DNA of 49,134 nucleotides from Spirochaetota bacterium. Lineage in GTDB: Bacteria > Spirochaetota > UBA4802 > JAFGDQ01. How positions within the stretch are numbered: the first letter of the stretch is position 1; every line of letters starts with the position of its first letter. Shown one piece after another: positions 19,628 to 29,896 of this stretch. Location: positions 1 through 49,134 of the forward strand of contig JAZDKB010000032.1 of NCBI GenBank assembly GCA_043803405.1, given 5' to 3'. The notes below the pieces were generated by a model. The model did no database searches, was not told where the DNA came from, and saw only the letters and a list, made by a program, of their open reading frames with translations. The position numbers and the translations under genes were made by a program.

Positions 19628-21303
19628 GCCAGTTCCCTCATAATCGTATCTTTTACCGACTTGCCCGACGGCACCATTGGATAAACATTCTCCTCTTTTT
19701 CCACATGGAAGTCCAGGACGATCGGCTTATCGTTTATTGATAAAGCCTTCTTAATTGCAATCTCGACATCCTCTTTCTTTTCGATAGTGATCCCGACAGC
19801 TCCGTATGCTTCGGCAAGCTTTTTAAAATCCGGGCTGAATGCGAGCGAAGTATGAGAATACCGCTTCTCAAAGAAAAGCTGCTGCCATTGTCTTACCATT
19901 CCAAGATAACCATTGTTCAGAATAGCTACAATGATCGGCAGTTTGTGCTCAACAGCAACGATCATTTCCTGAATGTTCATTTGAATGGAACCATCGCCAG
20001 CTATATCTATAACGCGCTTATCCGGCTTTGCAAGCTGCGCGCCTATTGCAGCCGGAAACCCGAAACCCATTGTGCCCAGGCCGCCGGAAGAAATAAAAGT
20101 CCTGGGTTCAGTATACTTATAAAACTGGGCAGCCCACATCTGGTTCTGCCCAACCTCAGTGCATATAATTGCTTTACCCTTAGTGAGTTCATAAATCTTT
20201 TCAATTACATATTGCGGTTTAATAGCATCCGTGTTATTATTATAAGTTAAAGGATAATCCTCTTTCATTTTGTTCAAGTGATCGATCCATTCGGCTATAT
20301 CCGGAGCTTTAACGATTTTTGTCATTTCCGTTAATACATTTTTACAATCGCCGACAATCGGAATATCCACTTCTACATTTTTACTTACGGATGCTGGATC
20401 GATATCAATATGAATAACCTTTGCCTTAGGAATAAACTTGGAAATATCGCCGGTTACGCGGTCATCGAATCTCGCTCCTACTGCAATAAGCAAATCGGAT
20501 TCATTAACAGCATGATTCGCATAATACGTGCCGTGCATACCCAGCATTCCGAGAGACAGCGGATCCGTTCCCGGAAAAGATCCAAGCCCCAGCAGCGTCA
20601 TTGTAATAGGAATACCGGTTTTTTTTACGAATGCGCGCAATTCCTTTGAAGCGTTCGACAGAATAACACCGCCGCCTGCATAAACAACAGGGTTTTTGGA
20701 AGAAGCAATAAGTTCACACGCCTTTTTTATTTGGCCCGGATGACCTTCATAAACCGGCTTGTAACCGCGGATCTGGACTTTTTCCGGATAGTGGAAAGTA
20801 GTTTCTCCTTTGGAAATATCAACAGGCACATCAATAAGTACAGGTCCGGGGCGTCCTGTAGACGCTATATAAAAAGCTTCCTTTATCGTCTTAGCAAGCT
20901 CATCTATATCCTGTATCAAATAATTATGCTTTGTAATCGGCCTTGTAATTCCGGTAATGTCAGCTTCCTGAAACGCGTCATTTCCTATCATACTTCTTGA
21001 AACCTGTCCGGTGAATATGACAAGAGGAATGGAATCCATATTTGCCGTTGCAATGCCAGTCACAAGATTTGTTGCACCAGGTCCGGATGTAGCAAGCACT
21101 ACGCCGGGTTTTCCCGATGCCCTGGCATATCCGTCTGCAGCATGAATGGCACCCTGCTCATGCCTGGCAAGTATAAACTTAAAAGGAGCATTATAGAGGC
21201 TGTGAAAAATCGGGATTACAACCCCACCGGGATACCCGAACATCACCTCAATACCCTCTTTGGTTAAACTTTCTATTATTATATCTGCGCCCGAAAGTTT
21301 CAA
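19624..21303 (-). CDS. ilvB: Acetolactate synthase large subunit, biosynthetic type
   Basis: FGYPGG, RHEQGA.HAADGYAR, TSGPGATN, GARFDDRVTG, GDGS..MN TPP motif; TTG start after GAGGAG. Confidence 0.97.
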   Translation of the reverse strand: MKLSGADIIIESLTKEGIEVMFGYPGGVVIPIFHSLYNAPFKFILARHEQGAIHAADGYARASGKPGVVLATSGPGATNLVTGIATANMDSIPLVIFTGQVSRSMIGNDAFQEADITGITRPITKHNYLIQDIDELAKTIKEAFYIASTGRPGPVLIDVPVDISKGETTFHYPEKVQIRGYKPVYEGHPGQIKKACELIASSKNPVVYAGGGVILSNASKELRAFVKKTGIPITMTLLGLGSFPGTDPLSLGMLGMHGTYYANHAVNESDLLIAVGARFDDRVTGDISKFIPKAKVIHIDIDPASVSKNVEVDIPIVGDCKNVLTEMTKIVKAPDIAEWIDHLNKMKEDYPLTYNNNTDAIKPQYVIEKIYELTKGKAIICTEVGQNQMWAAQFYKYTEPRTFISSGGLGTMGFGFPAAIGAQLAKPDKRVIDIAGDGSIQMNIQEMIVAVEHKLPIIVAILNNGYLGMVRQWQQLFFEKRYSHTSLAFSPDFKKLAEAYGAVGITIEKKEDVEIAIKKALSINDKPIVLDFHVEKEENVYPMVPSGKSVKDTIMRELA

Positions 21304-21543
21304 TTTTATACTCCTCTAATTTTTTATTTATGGCTTGCTAAACATACGCATTTTTTGTACTTTAAAATATATTATAAATCAGTAAAGTTTTTAATCTAAT
21401 AATTAAGTCTTTTAAATGTCAATCAAATATAACTGAAAGCTTTTAAAAAACAATTAGCTTTAATTTATCTTCGTGTAATTACCATGTCAGTAAAAATATA
21501 TTACTGCAAAAAATATTATAAGCTTCATTGCGGAAAAACATAA

Positions 21544-22539
21544 ATGAATTCTAATTATAAATCCTTAAAAAAGAAATTATTAATATCTTTTTCGATTCTT
21601 TTATTTTTAACAGCATCTGCATTCTTTTTATCGTGTACCAGCAAAGTAAAGCATGAACTGATTAAGGAGCGCTCATATAGCCCGGATGATTATTTAATAA
21701 TATGGGCGCATTCTGATATTCAGCCCAGAAACATCAAAGAGAGAATATATTATGAAAGCGCTATAGCGGACATTAATAGCAATTTTTCAAAAGTTGATAT
21801 TGCCCTTGTAGCAGGCGACATAGTGCACTGGTCAAATTCCGATGATGATTACAAGTGGTATCTGGAATCAAAAAAAAAGACATCAATAAAATACTGGTAC
21901 GAAATTGCAGGCAACCATGATCATAAGAGCAAAACAAATAACTATGAAAAATACATACGAATGCCTTTGCACTATTCGGTTAAAATCGGAAATATAATCA
22001 TAATTTGTCTTTCAGACGAAACCAAAAGTGCAGAAACTAATATCTCGGATGATGCCTTTAACTTCTGGAAAGATATAGTCATAAATAATCAGGATAAAAT
22101 AATTGTTACAATGACGCATGGATACCTTAAACAAAGTGGACTTTTCGGCTCTTCAATATCCAGCAGAAATATTAAAGATTCGGAAAGATTTTCAGAAATC
22201 CTAAAAAAATATAAAGTTGATTTGTGGATATGCGGACACGCGCATTTGCCCCATAATTTCAGCGATTCAGTAAAAATTGTTGACGGGCTTAACGGTACGC
22301 TTTTTATCAATATATCCTCGATAAGAGGAGGCAGCATGGCATCCGCAGAATCGTATCTGCTTTTTATTAAAAAAAATACAAATGAATTGATCGCTAAATC
22401 CAGGGATCATAATGAAAAAAAATTCAATATGGATGATATATTATATAAACTAAGCCACAAGTTCGAGTGGGATAACAGCCCTCCAATTATGAAATTCATG
22501 AACAACAGTAAACAATTAACAATCAGGAGTTTGCGATGA
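21544..22539 (+). CDS. Metallophosphoesterase (calcineurin-like), probable lipoprotein
   Basis: HSDIQ, AGDIV, AGNHD, MTHG, GHAH; signal peptide ending FLSC. Confidence 0.85.
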   Translation: MNSNYKSLKKKLLISFSILLFLTASAFFLSCTSKVKHELIKERSYSPDDYLIIWAHSDIQPRNIKERIYYESAIADINSNFSKVDIALVAGDIVHWSNSDDDYKWYLESKKKTSIKYWYEIAGNHDHKSKTNNYEKYIRMPLHYSVKIGNIIIICLSDETKSAETNISDDAFNFWKDIVINNQDKIIVTMTHGYLKQSGLFGSSISSRNIKDSERFSEILKKYKVDLWICGHAHLPHNFSDSVKIVDGLNGTLFINISSIRGGSMASAESYLLFIKKNTNELIAKSRDHNEKKFNMDDILYKLSHKFEWDNSPPIMKFMNNSKQLTIRSLR

Positions 22540-23045
22540 GCCATTCATTAGTGTATTTCGGGCATGAAACCCTTCATAAACCTGCAAAAGAAGTCAAAAA
22601 TATAAACCAGGAAATAATTGATTTAATAGATATTATGTATGATATCATGTATAAAAACAGCGGAGTCGGGCTGGCTGGGCCACAAATCAATGAACCAAGC
22701 AAAATAATTACGCTTGATATTAAAAGTTTAAAATTCGGCCGGATGTCGATAATCAATCCGGAGATCGTTTTTAAATCCGATAAGCTTGTTCCTTATGAAG
22801 AAGGCTGCCTGTCATTCCCGGGACTGGTAGCGGAAATCATGCGTCCTGCTAAAATAACAGTAAAGGGCTTTACTTCCGATGAAAAGGAGATATTGCTGGA
22901 AGCAGAAGGGCTGCTGGCCAGAGTCCTTCAGCACGAAATCGACCATGTTAATGGTATTGTTTTTATCGATTATCTGGATGAGCATATAAAAAAACAATTA
23001 AGGCCTGAATTAAAAATCATAAAAAAATTAAATAAGTCAAATTAA
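22536..23045 (+). CDS. def: Peptide deformylase
   Basis: GVGLAGPQI, EGCLS, QHEIDH. Confidence 0.96.
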   Translation: MSHSLVYFGHETLHKPAKEVKNINQEIIDLIDIMYDIMYKNSGVGLAGPQINEPSKIITLDIKSLKFGRMSIINPEIVFKSDKLVPYEEGCLSFPGLVAEIMRPAKITVKGFTSDEKEILLEAEGLLARVLQHEIDHVNGIVFIDYLDEHIKKQLRPELKIIKKLNKSN

Positions 23046-23075
23046 TAAATTACAATTATATTTCATTTAATAACC

Positions 23076-23197
23076 TATGATTAAGCTAAAGGGATAATAT
23101 CTATTCCGGAAATACGTAAAAAACATCCTGTTTTACGCATTTCCGGCGACATCCTTGTCACCTACTCCGTAGATATTATCCCTTTAGCTTAATCATA
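23076..23197. mobile_element. MITE-like element, 122 bp, perfect 28-bp terminal inverted repeats
   Basis: TATGATTAAGCTAAAGGGATAATATCTA (23076-23103) and its exact reverse complement (23170-23197); internal 16-bp hairpin arms 23106-23121 and 23131-23146. Confidence 0.75.
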
Positions 23198-23241
23198 TTG
23201 CTAAACTTATTAAACTTTCATTATTTGTATAATATATTATT

Positions 23242-24174
23242 ATGAAAATCGGTTTTTTTGGAACACCTGAAATTGCTGCATATTATTTAAATATGCTTCA
23301 CGGGAAACATGAAATTGTGTTTGCAGTTACAGGCGAAGATAAGCCAAAAGGAAGACACGGTACACCGGTATTCAACGAAGTAAAAAATGCTGCGGTTGAA
23401 AACGACATACCTGTTCTTCAACCGGCCAAACTCCTGGATAATGACTTTTTAAAAAGCATCGGCAATTTGAAAGCCGACATATTTGTTGTTGTAGCTTATG
23501 GGAAGCTGATACCTCCGGAAATCTTTACCATGCCTTCTTTAAAAACAGTCAATGTACATCCGTCACTTTTGCCTAAATACAGAGGTGCAGCTCCCATTCA
23601 ATGGGCTCTGATAAACGGTGAATCCGAAACCGGTGTAACAATACAGTATATCAACGAAAAACTAGATGCAGGAGATATATTAACACAAAAAAGAATCCCT
23701 TTAAATACGGATATATCAGCCGATGATCTTACTAAAATAGTTTTGCCTGTTGGGCTCGAACTTCTTCTGGAAGCGCTTGCTCAGCTCCAATCAGGGAAAG
23801 CAATGCCGGTAAAACAAATTGAAGCCGAGGCAACATATTGCGGTAAAATCAACAAGGAAACAGCCCGAATAAACTGGTCAACAGGCGCAGAAAAAATACA
23901 TAATCTTGTCCGTGGGCTTAATCCGAAGCCCACTGCATGGACAATGTTCAGAGAAAAAAATATTAAAATTTATAAAACGAAAATAGCTCCAGATTACAAG
24001 GATGCTGGCTTAAAGCAGGGATATTTAAAAATAATAGGTAAAAAGCTTTTTGTCGGAACAGGAAATAATATACTTGAATTACTTGAAGTACAACCGGAAA
24101 CAAAAAAAGTAATGAATGCGGCTTCATTTATTAACGGATACAGATTATCGGATGAAGACCATTTTGGATCCTGA
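23242..24174 (+). CDS. fmt: Methionyl-tRNA formyltransferase
   Basis: FFGTPE, VVAYG, NVHPSLLPKYRGAAPIQ, LDAGDI. Confidence 0.97.
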   Translation: MKIGFFGTPEIAAYYLNMLHGKHEIVFAVTGEDKPKGRHGTPVFNEVKNAAVENDIPVLQPAKLLDNDFLKSIGNLKADIFVVVAYGKLIPPEIFTMPSLKTVNVHPSLLPKYRGAAPIQWALINGESETGVTIQYINEKLDAGDILTQKRIPLNTDISADDLTKIVLPVGLELLLEALAQLQSGKAMPVKQIEAEATYCGKINKETARINWSTGAEKIHNLVRGLNPKPTAWTMFREKNIKIYKTKIAPDYKDAGLKQGYLKIIGKKLFVGTGNNILELLEVQPETKKVMNAASFINGYRLSDEDHFGS

Positions 24175-24179
24175 TGATT

Positions 24180-24464
24180 TTATCTCTTTTTCTCTTTCAT
24201 TCTTTCTATCAGTAAATCAATTTCGTCCTGATCCAGCCACTCATCAACATGATTAGGCACAACATCGTAGGTAACCATATACATTTCCAGAGCCATTACA
24301 AGGTCTTCCTTTGACAGCACGCCCTGTGTAACAAGAATTTCTCCAATCAGCCTTTCCTTATTGTCTTTCTGAAGATCCAAAGCGGCTTGCCGCTGCTCTT
24401 TTGTTATTAGCCCGCTCTCAACAAGAAAATCGCCTATCTTTGTGTCTGCTTCCTTTTTGCACAT
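24180..24464 (-). CDS. Small stand-alone MshEN-like (type II secretion ATPase N-terminal) protein
   Basis: Tandem motifs KIGDFLVESGLITKEQRQAALDLQ and LIGEILVTQGVLSKEDLVMAL. Confidence 0.75.
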   Translation of the reverse strand: MCKKEADTKIGDFLVESGLITKEQRQAALDLQKDNKERLIGEILVTQGVLSKEDLVMALEMYMVTYDVVPNHVDEWLDQDEIDLLIERMKEKKR

Positions 24465-24662
24465 TTAACTATTCAACTCCATAAATTATAGTTTGTGGTT
24501 TTTTACAAACGCCTTTCATATTCCCGGTTAGAAAGCCAGCATCCAATTATTTATGACGGGTAATGTTTATGTTTTTTTGAAAGCAAAGCTAAGAATAAAT
24601 TTAATTATCTCCAAAATATCAAATTTTATTAATGCTGTCAATTCTTTATTAACCGCTCCGTT

Positions 24663-25655
24663 TCAGGCCTTAAAGCCGGCAATGGATGCGCTTGCATCCA
24701 TTGCCTCATTTATAAGCCACTTAAATCCATCCACCTTAACTGTAAGATTTCTTAAAGAATCAATACGCCCATTTATTATATCAATATTTTCTTTTGTAAT
24801 AATTCGTTTCATTGAAAAAATATCCGTACCCATTAGCATGTAGAGTCTGTTTAAAGGCTCGATTGCAAATTTGTTCATACTTTCAACATCCAGCGTTTCA
24901 GTCAGTAAATTTATTCCAGGAGAAAGCTCTTTGCGGAAAAGTATGTCTACGAGAAATGAATATATCTCATCTGTATTAAGAATTACTTTTGTTATTTTAT
25001 TCAGCCCTGAAATCATCTCATGTATAAACAATCCCTCGGATTTATCCTTATAGGGAATAACGGGAATCCTTTTATACATCTCGGAACTGAACGATCTGCG
25101 TAAAAAATAATTAAGGTCGAAATCCTTTAAGCCCATATTAATTAAAATTAACTGTATATTTACGCCGTTTAAAGAATCGAAAAACTGATCTATAGATTCC
25201 GCAATTACAGGACTATAATTAAACCTGTCTATTATTGTTTTTAAGATATTTATCCGTTCGTTATTATCTTCCAGAATTAAAAGTTTGCCATACATTTTGT
25301 TGCTATTCTTTTCCGTTATATCCAGATAATTTGCTACCCTGTCCGCATTATTCGATTCAAGTACTTCCGATATCCCAAGTTTAAAGAAATATTCCCTTAA
25401 ATTATTATTGATCCTTGCAGCCAGGGCAACTACTCTTACGGAATTTTTGCGCAATACATTTATCGTATTCTCCAGCCTTTGCATGGAATCTTCTATAAAT
25501 TCTATGACAGCTATTCCGCTGAAACCGATATTATTTATTTCATTAATGGATTGGTCGCTGAGAGGCTGACCATATTCAATGATAGGAAATCCTTTAGATT
25601 CCAGCTTCTCAAGATAAAATTTATTTGCAAAAGTAATAAGCAGTAGCTCTTTCAT
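24663..25655 (-). CDS. Hypothetical protein with degenerate receiver-like folds
   Basis: 330-aa ORF; LLILEDN and LILINM resemble REC beta1/beta3 with Asn at the phosphoacceptor position. Confidence 0.6.
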   Translation of the reverse strand: MKELLLITFANKFYLEKLESKGFPIIEYGQPLSDQSINEINNIGFSGIAVIEFIEDSMQRLENTINVLRKNSVRVVALAARINNNLREYFFKLGISEVLESNNADRVANYLDITEKNSNKMYGKLLILEDNNERINILKTIIDRFNYSPVIAESIDQFFDSLNGVNIQLILINMGLKDFDLNYFLRRSFSSEMYKRIPVIPYKDKSEGLFIHEMISGLNKITKVILNTDEIYSFLVDILFRKELSPGINLLTETLDVESMNKFAIEPLNRLYMLMGTDIFSMKRIITKENIDIINGRIDSLRNLTVKVDGFKWLINEAMDASASIAGFKA

Positions 25656-25937
25656 ATAATTAACTGTGATCTGTATTTATTCAAATAATAAATTAAAAAG
25701 TACGCAACTAAAATATTGATTGAAAAAATTAATTTAATTCAATTCATTTTAAAAATATTAAAAAATAAACGCGATTTTAAAATTCTATCAAATTTTAAAA
25801 ACAAAGGTTATTTTATAAGTTGTACATATATACACTAAAATATTGACTTTTTAAATTATTTAAGATAATTATTTTTAAGCAAATAATAATAAACGATTTT
25901 TTTACAGTTCGCAATATAATTTAAAGGTGATCTTAAA

Positions 25938-26864
25938 ATGAAAGATTTAATAATTATTGGTGCAGGACCTGCAGGGTTAAGCGCTGCAATTTACGGGATA
26001 AGAGCAGGGCTCGACCTCCTGGTACTGGAAAGATATTCTCCGGGCGGGCAGGTAATGAACACCTACGAAGTAGAAAATTACCCGGGATTTGTTGAGCCTG
26101 TCAAAGGCTGGGAGCTTATGTCCGCGATGGAAAGCCAGGCACGCAGGCTTGGTGCAGAGATTATATCCGGCGACGTGAAATCGGTAGTTAAAAACGAAAA
26201 AAGCAATTCTTTCAAAACAGAATTAACGAGTGGTGAAATCCTTGAAAGCAGATCTGTTATTCTTGCATGCGGAGCTCTTCATGAGAATCTGCATGTGCCG
26301 GGAGAAAAGGAATTTGCCGGCAAGGGAGTATCGTACTGCGCAACATGCGACGGCGCATTTTTTAAGGATAAAGTTACAGCCGTAGTAGGTGGAGGAAACA
26401 CTGCGCTGGAAGAAGCGCTATTTCTTACGCGCTTTGCCAGCAAAGTATATCTCATTCACAGAAGAAAAGAATTCAGAGCAGCAAAGATTTTACAGGACAG
26501 GGTTCTGGCAGATAAAAAAATTGATCCTATATATGACACTATAATTATTTCCATAAAAAGCAATGATAATAACAAGGTCACATCAGTAATATTAAAAAAT
26601 AAGCTTACTAACGAGGAAAAGAGTTTGGAGCTAGATGGTGTATTTATCTTCGCAGGCTACAAGCCCAACACCGGTTTTTTACCCAAGGACATGCTTAACA
26701 CTAACGGCGAAATATTTTCAGACAGGGATATGCATACAAAAATAAGCGGCCTGTTCGCTGCAGGAGATGCACGCGAAGGCTCTAAAAAACAGATTGTAAT
26801 GGCATGCGCTGATGGCGCAACAGCAGCAATGGAAGTATATGAATACCTGCAGAAATTAATTTAA
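25938..26864 (+). CDS. trxB: Thioredoxin-disulfide reductase
   Basis: IIGAGPAGL, ENYPGF, GVSYCATCDG, VGGGNTA, HRR, FAAGD. Confidence 0.97.
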   Translation: MKDLIIIGAGPAGLSAAIYGIRAGLDLLVLERYSPGGQVMNTYEVENYPGFVEPVKGWELMSAMESQARRLGAEIISGDVKSVVKNEKSNSFKTELTSGEILESRSVILACGALHENLHVPGEKEFAGKGVSYCATCDGAFFKDKVTAVVGGGNTALEEALFLTRFASKVYLIHRRKEFRAAKILQDRVLADKKIDPIYDTIIISIKSNDNNKVTSVILKNKLTNEEKSLELDGVFIFAGYKPNTGFLPKDMLNTNGEIFSDRDMHTKISGLFAAGDAREGSKKQIVMACADGATAAMEVYEYLQKLI

Positions 26865-26865
26865 A

Positions 26866-28419
26866 ATGCTAAAAAATTTAATCCTATTTATACTATTCGC
26901 CATTATCACTGGTGCATATGCAGATCCATCTATAAATGGCTTATCTGATTACGAATCTCTCTTTGATTTCACAGATAAAAAAATCATTCTTATCCAAAAA
27001 GGCGATAATCCTGAATATAAAAACTATATGTATAATGATTCCGCATGGGCGCGGGTTTCACTCCCGTCTGCATGGGACAGTCTTTTCCCTGGTTGGACAG
27101 GGATTTGCTGGTACAGGCTTCACGTCAAATTTCCACAGAACATTCCGGCATATACGCCAGGAGTATCTCTCGGCACAATAAGCGACGCAGACGAGACTTT
27201 CTTCAACGGGCAGCTTATTGGCAGATCCGGCAAGTTCCATCCAGTTCGCGAATCATCCTACGACAGGCAGAGACTTTACGAAATACCGGCTGCGCTTATA
27301 AAACCGGGAGCCGATAACGTGATCGCTGTCCGTGTCGCAGGCCTTTTCCCCGGCGAGAGCGGTGCTATAAAGGGAAAATTTGTAATTGCTCCGTTTCATA
27401 TTCTTCACAGGAATTTACTCATAAGGGAGTTTGCGGATGTGTTGTTTGTAGCAATATATATAGCAATCGCTGTTTATTTCAGTCTTGTTTTCTTACAAAG
27501 ATCGATCTCGAAAGAATATCTTTTTTTTACTCTGTTTACACTATGCTCATCAGTTTATATTTTTTTACGCTCCCAGATAAAATATTATCTGAGTCCGGAT
27601 TTTTTAATTTTAAAAAGAACAGAATATATTATACTCATTTTTCTTCTGCCTTTAATGATGGAATACATTACGTTTTACTTTAAACGAAGGCACACCATTT
27701 TTCATTATTTTTATTTTTTTATAAGTGCAGTTTCGCTTGCGCTTGTTTTATTTTTTAACCGGCCGCTTTACTGGAATAAAATTCTTATATATTTAATTGA
27801 ACCTGCATGGATAATCCCGATAGTTATTTGCCTGTATATTACCTTTAAAGAATTCAAAAAAGATGAGGATGCAAAATATATTTTCTTTTCTTTTATTGTT
27901 ATATGGATACTGTTTATTAATGATGTGCTTGTTGAAAGACAGGTTTATAATTCTGCCTATCTGTCAAAGTACGGCTTTATGATAATTATAATCGGCACTG
28001 CGATAATAATGAGGAGGCGGGTGCTGCGACTTTACGGCGATGCGGACAAATACAGAATGAGGCTGCTTAAAAAGCCTTCGGTAACTGACGAGACAAAACA
28101 GAAATTCGAAAAGGCAGTTGCGTATTTAAATGAAAATTACACTGCCGACATTGCACGCGAGAACTTCGCGGAATCGCTCGGGATCAACCACGACTATCTT
28201 GGCAAGCTCTTTATGCAACTTAAAGGCATAAAGATGGCTGATTATATAAACGAACTCCGTGTAAAAAAAGCTGCCGGGATGCTATCCGGAACAAACTCGA
28301 CTGTAACGGAAATCGCGTTCGGAGTAGGATTCGAAAGCCTGTCTACCTTTTACCGTGTATTTCAGAAAGTAATGAAGGAAACGCCAAATGAATTCAAAGA
28401 AAGAAATAAAAATTCTTAA
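26866..28419 (+). CDS. Membrane-anchored AraC-family regulator with extracytoplasmic sugar-binding-like domain and 7TM-DISM-like region
   Basis: Signal peptide, GICWYR, LGTISDADETFFNG, about 7 TM helices, C-terminal VTEIAFGVGFESLSTFYRVF...TP. Confidence 0.85.
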   Translation: MLKNLILFILFAIITGAYADPSINGLSDYESLFDFTDKKIILIQKGDNPEYKNYMYNDSAWARVSLPSAWDSLFPGWTGICWYRLHVKFPQNIPAYTPGVSLGTISDADETFFNGQLIGRSGKFHPVRESSYDRQRLYEIPAALIKPGADNVIAVRVAGLFPGESGAIKGKFVIAPFHILHRNLLIREFADVLFVAIYIAIAVYFSLVFLQRSISKEYLFFTLFTLCSSVYIFLRSQIKYYLSPDFLILKRTEYIILIFLLPLMMEYITFYFKRRHTIFHYFYFFISAVSLALVLFFNRPLYWNKILIYLIEPAWIIPIVICLYITFKEFKKDEDAKYIFFSFIVIWILFINDVLVERQVYNSAYLSKYGFMIIIIGTAIIMRRRVLRLYGDADKYRMRLLKKPSVTDETKQKFEKAVAYLNENYTADIARENFAESLGINHDYLGKLFMQLKGIKMADYINELRVKKAAGMLSGTNSTVTEIAFGVGFESLSTFYRVFQKVMKETPNEFKERNKNS

Positions 28420-28506
28420 AAATAAATTGAACAATTGCAATTATAAACTGAAGGTTATTTATTATTAAAACACAAAGACACCATATTTAAAGATGAATAC
28501 TAATCC

Positions 28507-28719
28507 TTAATTGAGCGACCTTCTGTCAGTTACTTCCTTTTTCAATCTGTTAAAAATTGTAGTCCTTCTGTCAGAAGATTTTTTCCTTCTATCACTGCCT
28601 TTGTAACTTCCTTCAGATGCGGACTTCCTTCTCTGTACTGAACGTCTTTCGCTCGAGCGTCTTTCAGTTACACCTTTATTCTCGCCCTTGCCGGATTGAG
28701 CTGACATATCATTTATCAT
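28507..28719 (-). CDS. Small basic protein with repeated [D/E/Q]RR motifs
   Basis: ERR..ERR..QRR...DRR....DRR...DRR; ATG at 28719 preceded by GGGGAG. Confidence 0.65.
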   Translation of the reverse strand: MINDMSAQSGKGENKGVTERRSSERRSVQRRKSASEGSYKGSDRRKKSSDRRTTIFNRLKKEVTDRRSLN

Positions 28720-28856
28720 TATACTCCCCCACATTTATATCCTGAAACCGCACTTATCACGTTCATTGGAGTATTCCTGTAATATAATTAAAAAGTCAAT
28801 TGAATTTCCAGTGATTTTTTCAGATTATTATCTAACCGATATAAATTTAACAATAA

Positions 28857-29654
28857 TTATACTTTTTTTCTTCCAAGCACTTTCATAAGCAAAGCAGGAT
28901 CGTCTGTCATAATACCGTCAACTCCCATGTTGATAAATCTTCTCATTGCATCCTCCTCATTTACAACCCACACATGAAACTCAATCCCTTTTTTATGCAA
29001 TTCATCAATAAATTTACCGGAAACAATCTTAAACTGTCCGTATGCTTCTGGAAGCTGGAGAGCGTTTCCCTTCAAAGGCAAATCCAGAAATAAAAACCCG
29101 CATTTATAAAGAAAAAATATCCACATCATTTCCCATAAGGAAAAAGCAGTAATAATCTGCGGACACATTCTGCGTATAGCATTTAAATTAACATAATGCT
29201 TAGAGCACGCAATAACTCTGTCATAAGCATTATATTTATCTATTATTTCAACAAAACGTTTTATTTGCGATGGATTTTTGTCTTTAATATCTATATCGAA
29301 TTTCAGGTCCGGGAACGCGGTTAATAACTCATCGATAGACATCATCTCTATACCCTGGCTGCGGTATGGAAATGTTTTCCCGTTATCATTTATAAAATGA
29401 TATGCTGCGTCAAAGCGTTTAAGCTCGTCCATCGTATACGAGGAAACAAGGCCGGTTCCGTTTGTTATTCTATCGATCGACTCATCATGTATAAGCGCGA
29501 ATTTCTCATCTTTGGTAAACCGAACATCTGTTTCAATATAATCAACGCCAAGTTCAGCTGCCCTTTTAAAAGCAGGCATTGTATTTTCCGGAAAATTCTT
29601 CGATGCTCCTCTGTGAGCAAATACCATTACATTGCTTGTATTTTCATTATCCAT
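28857..29654 (-). CDS. Glycerophosphodiester phosphodiesterase
   Basis: AHRGAS..FPENT, IETDV, IHD, RITNG, GVDGIMTDDP. Confidence 0.93.
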   Translation of the reverse strand: MDNENTSNVMVFAHRGASKNFPENTMPAFKRAAELGVDYIETDVRFTKDEKFALIHDESIDRITNGTGLVSSYTMDELKRFDAAYHFINDNGKTFPYRSQGIEMMSIDELLTAFPDLKFDIDIKDKNPSQIKRFVEIIDKYNAYDRVIACSKHYVNLNAIRRMCPQIITAFSLWEMMWIFFLYKCGFLFLDLPLKGNALQLPEAYGQFKIVSGKFIDELHKKGIEFHVWVVNEEDAMRRFINMGVDGIMTDDPALLMKVLGRKKV

Positions 29655-29896
29655 AAGTCACATTTAAAATATATATTTTTTGCTGCTATTATTCATAAAG
29701 ATCAGCTAAACACAAAAAGTAGTCAGCCATCTCATCAGTTTACCTGATACGTTACAAAAGTCAGAATAATAAACATAAGTGATTTTAAATAAATTTTATT
29801 TGCATTAATTTTTTTTTTTGTTATAATAATAGTCATATATTTTCTGCTTTAAGCTTTGTCAAGAATTACAAATTAAAATAATTTCAGGATACGAAT

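Noticed and set aside
21304..21543. ilv attenuator or leader peptide
   Set aside because: No Ile/Leu/Val-rich leader with terminator/antiterminator hairpins or T-box that I could identify.
24495..24575. Purine-type riboswitch upstream of the MshEN-like gene (minus strand TTTCTAACC)
   Set aside because: Only a loose hairpin and a partial motif; the P2/P3 loops and CCGTAAA element are absent.
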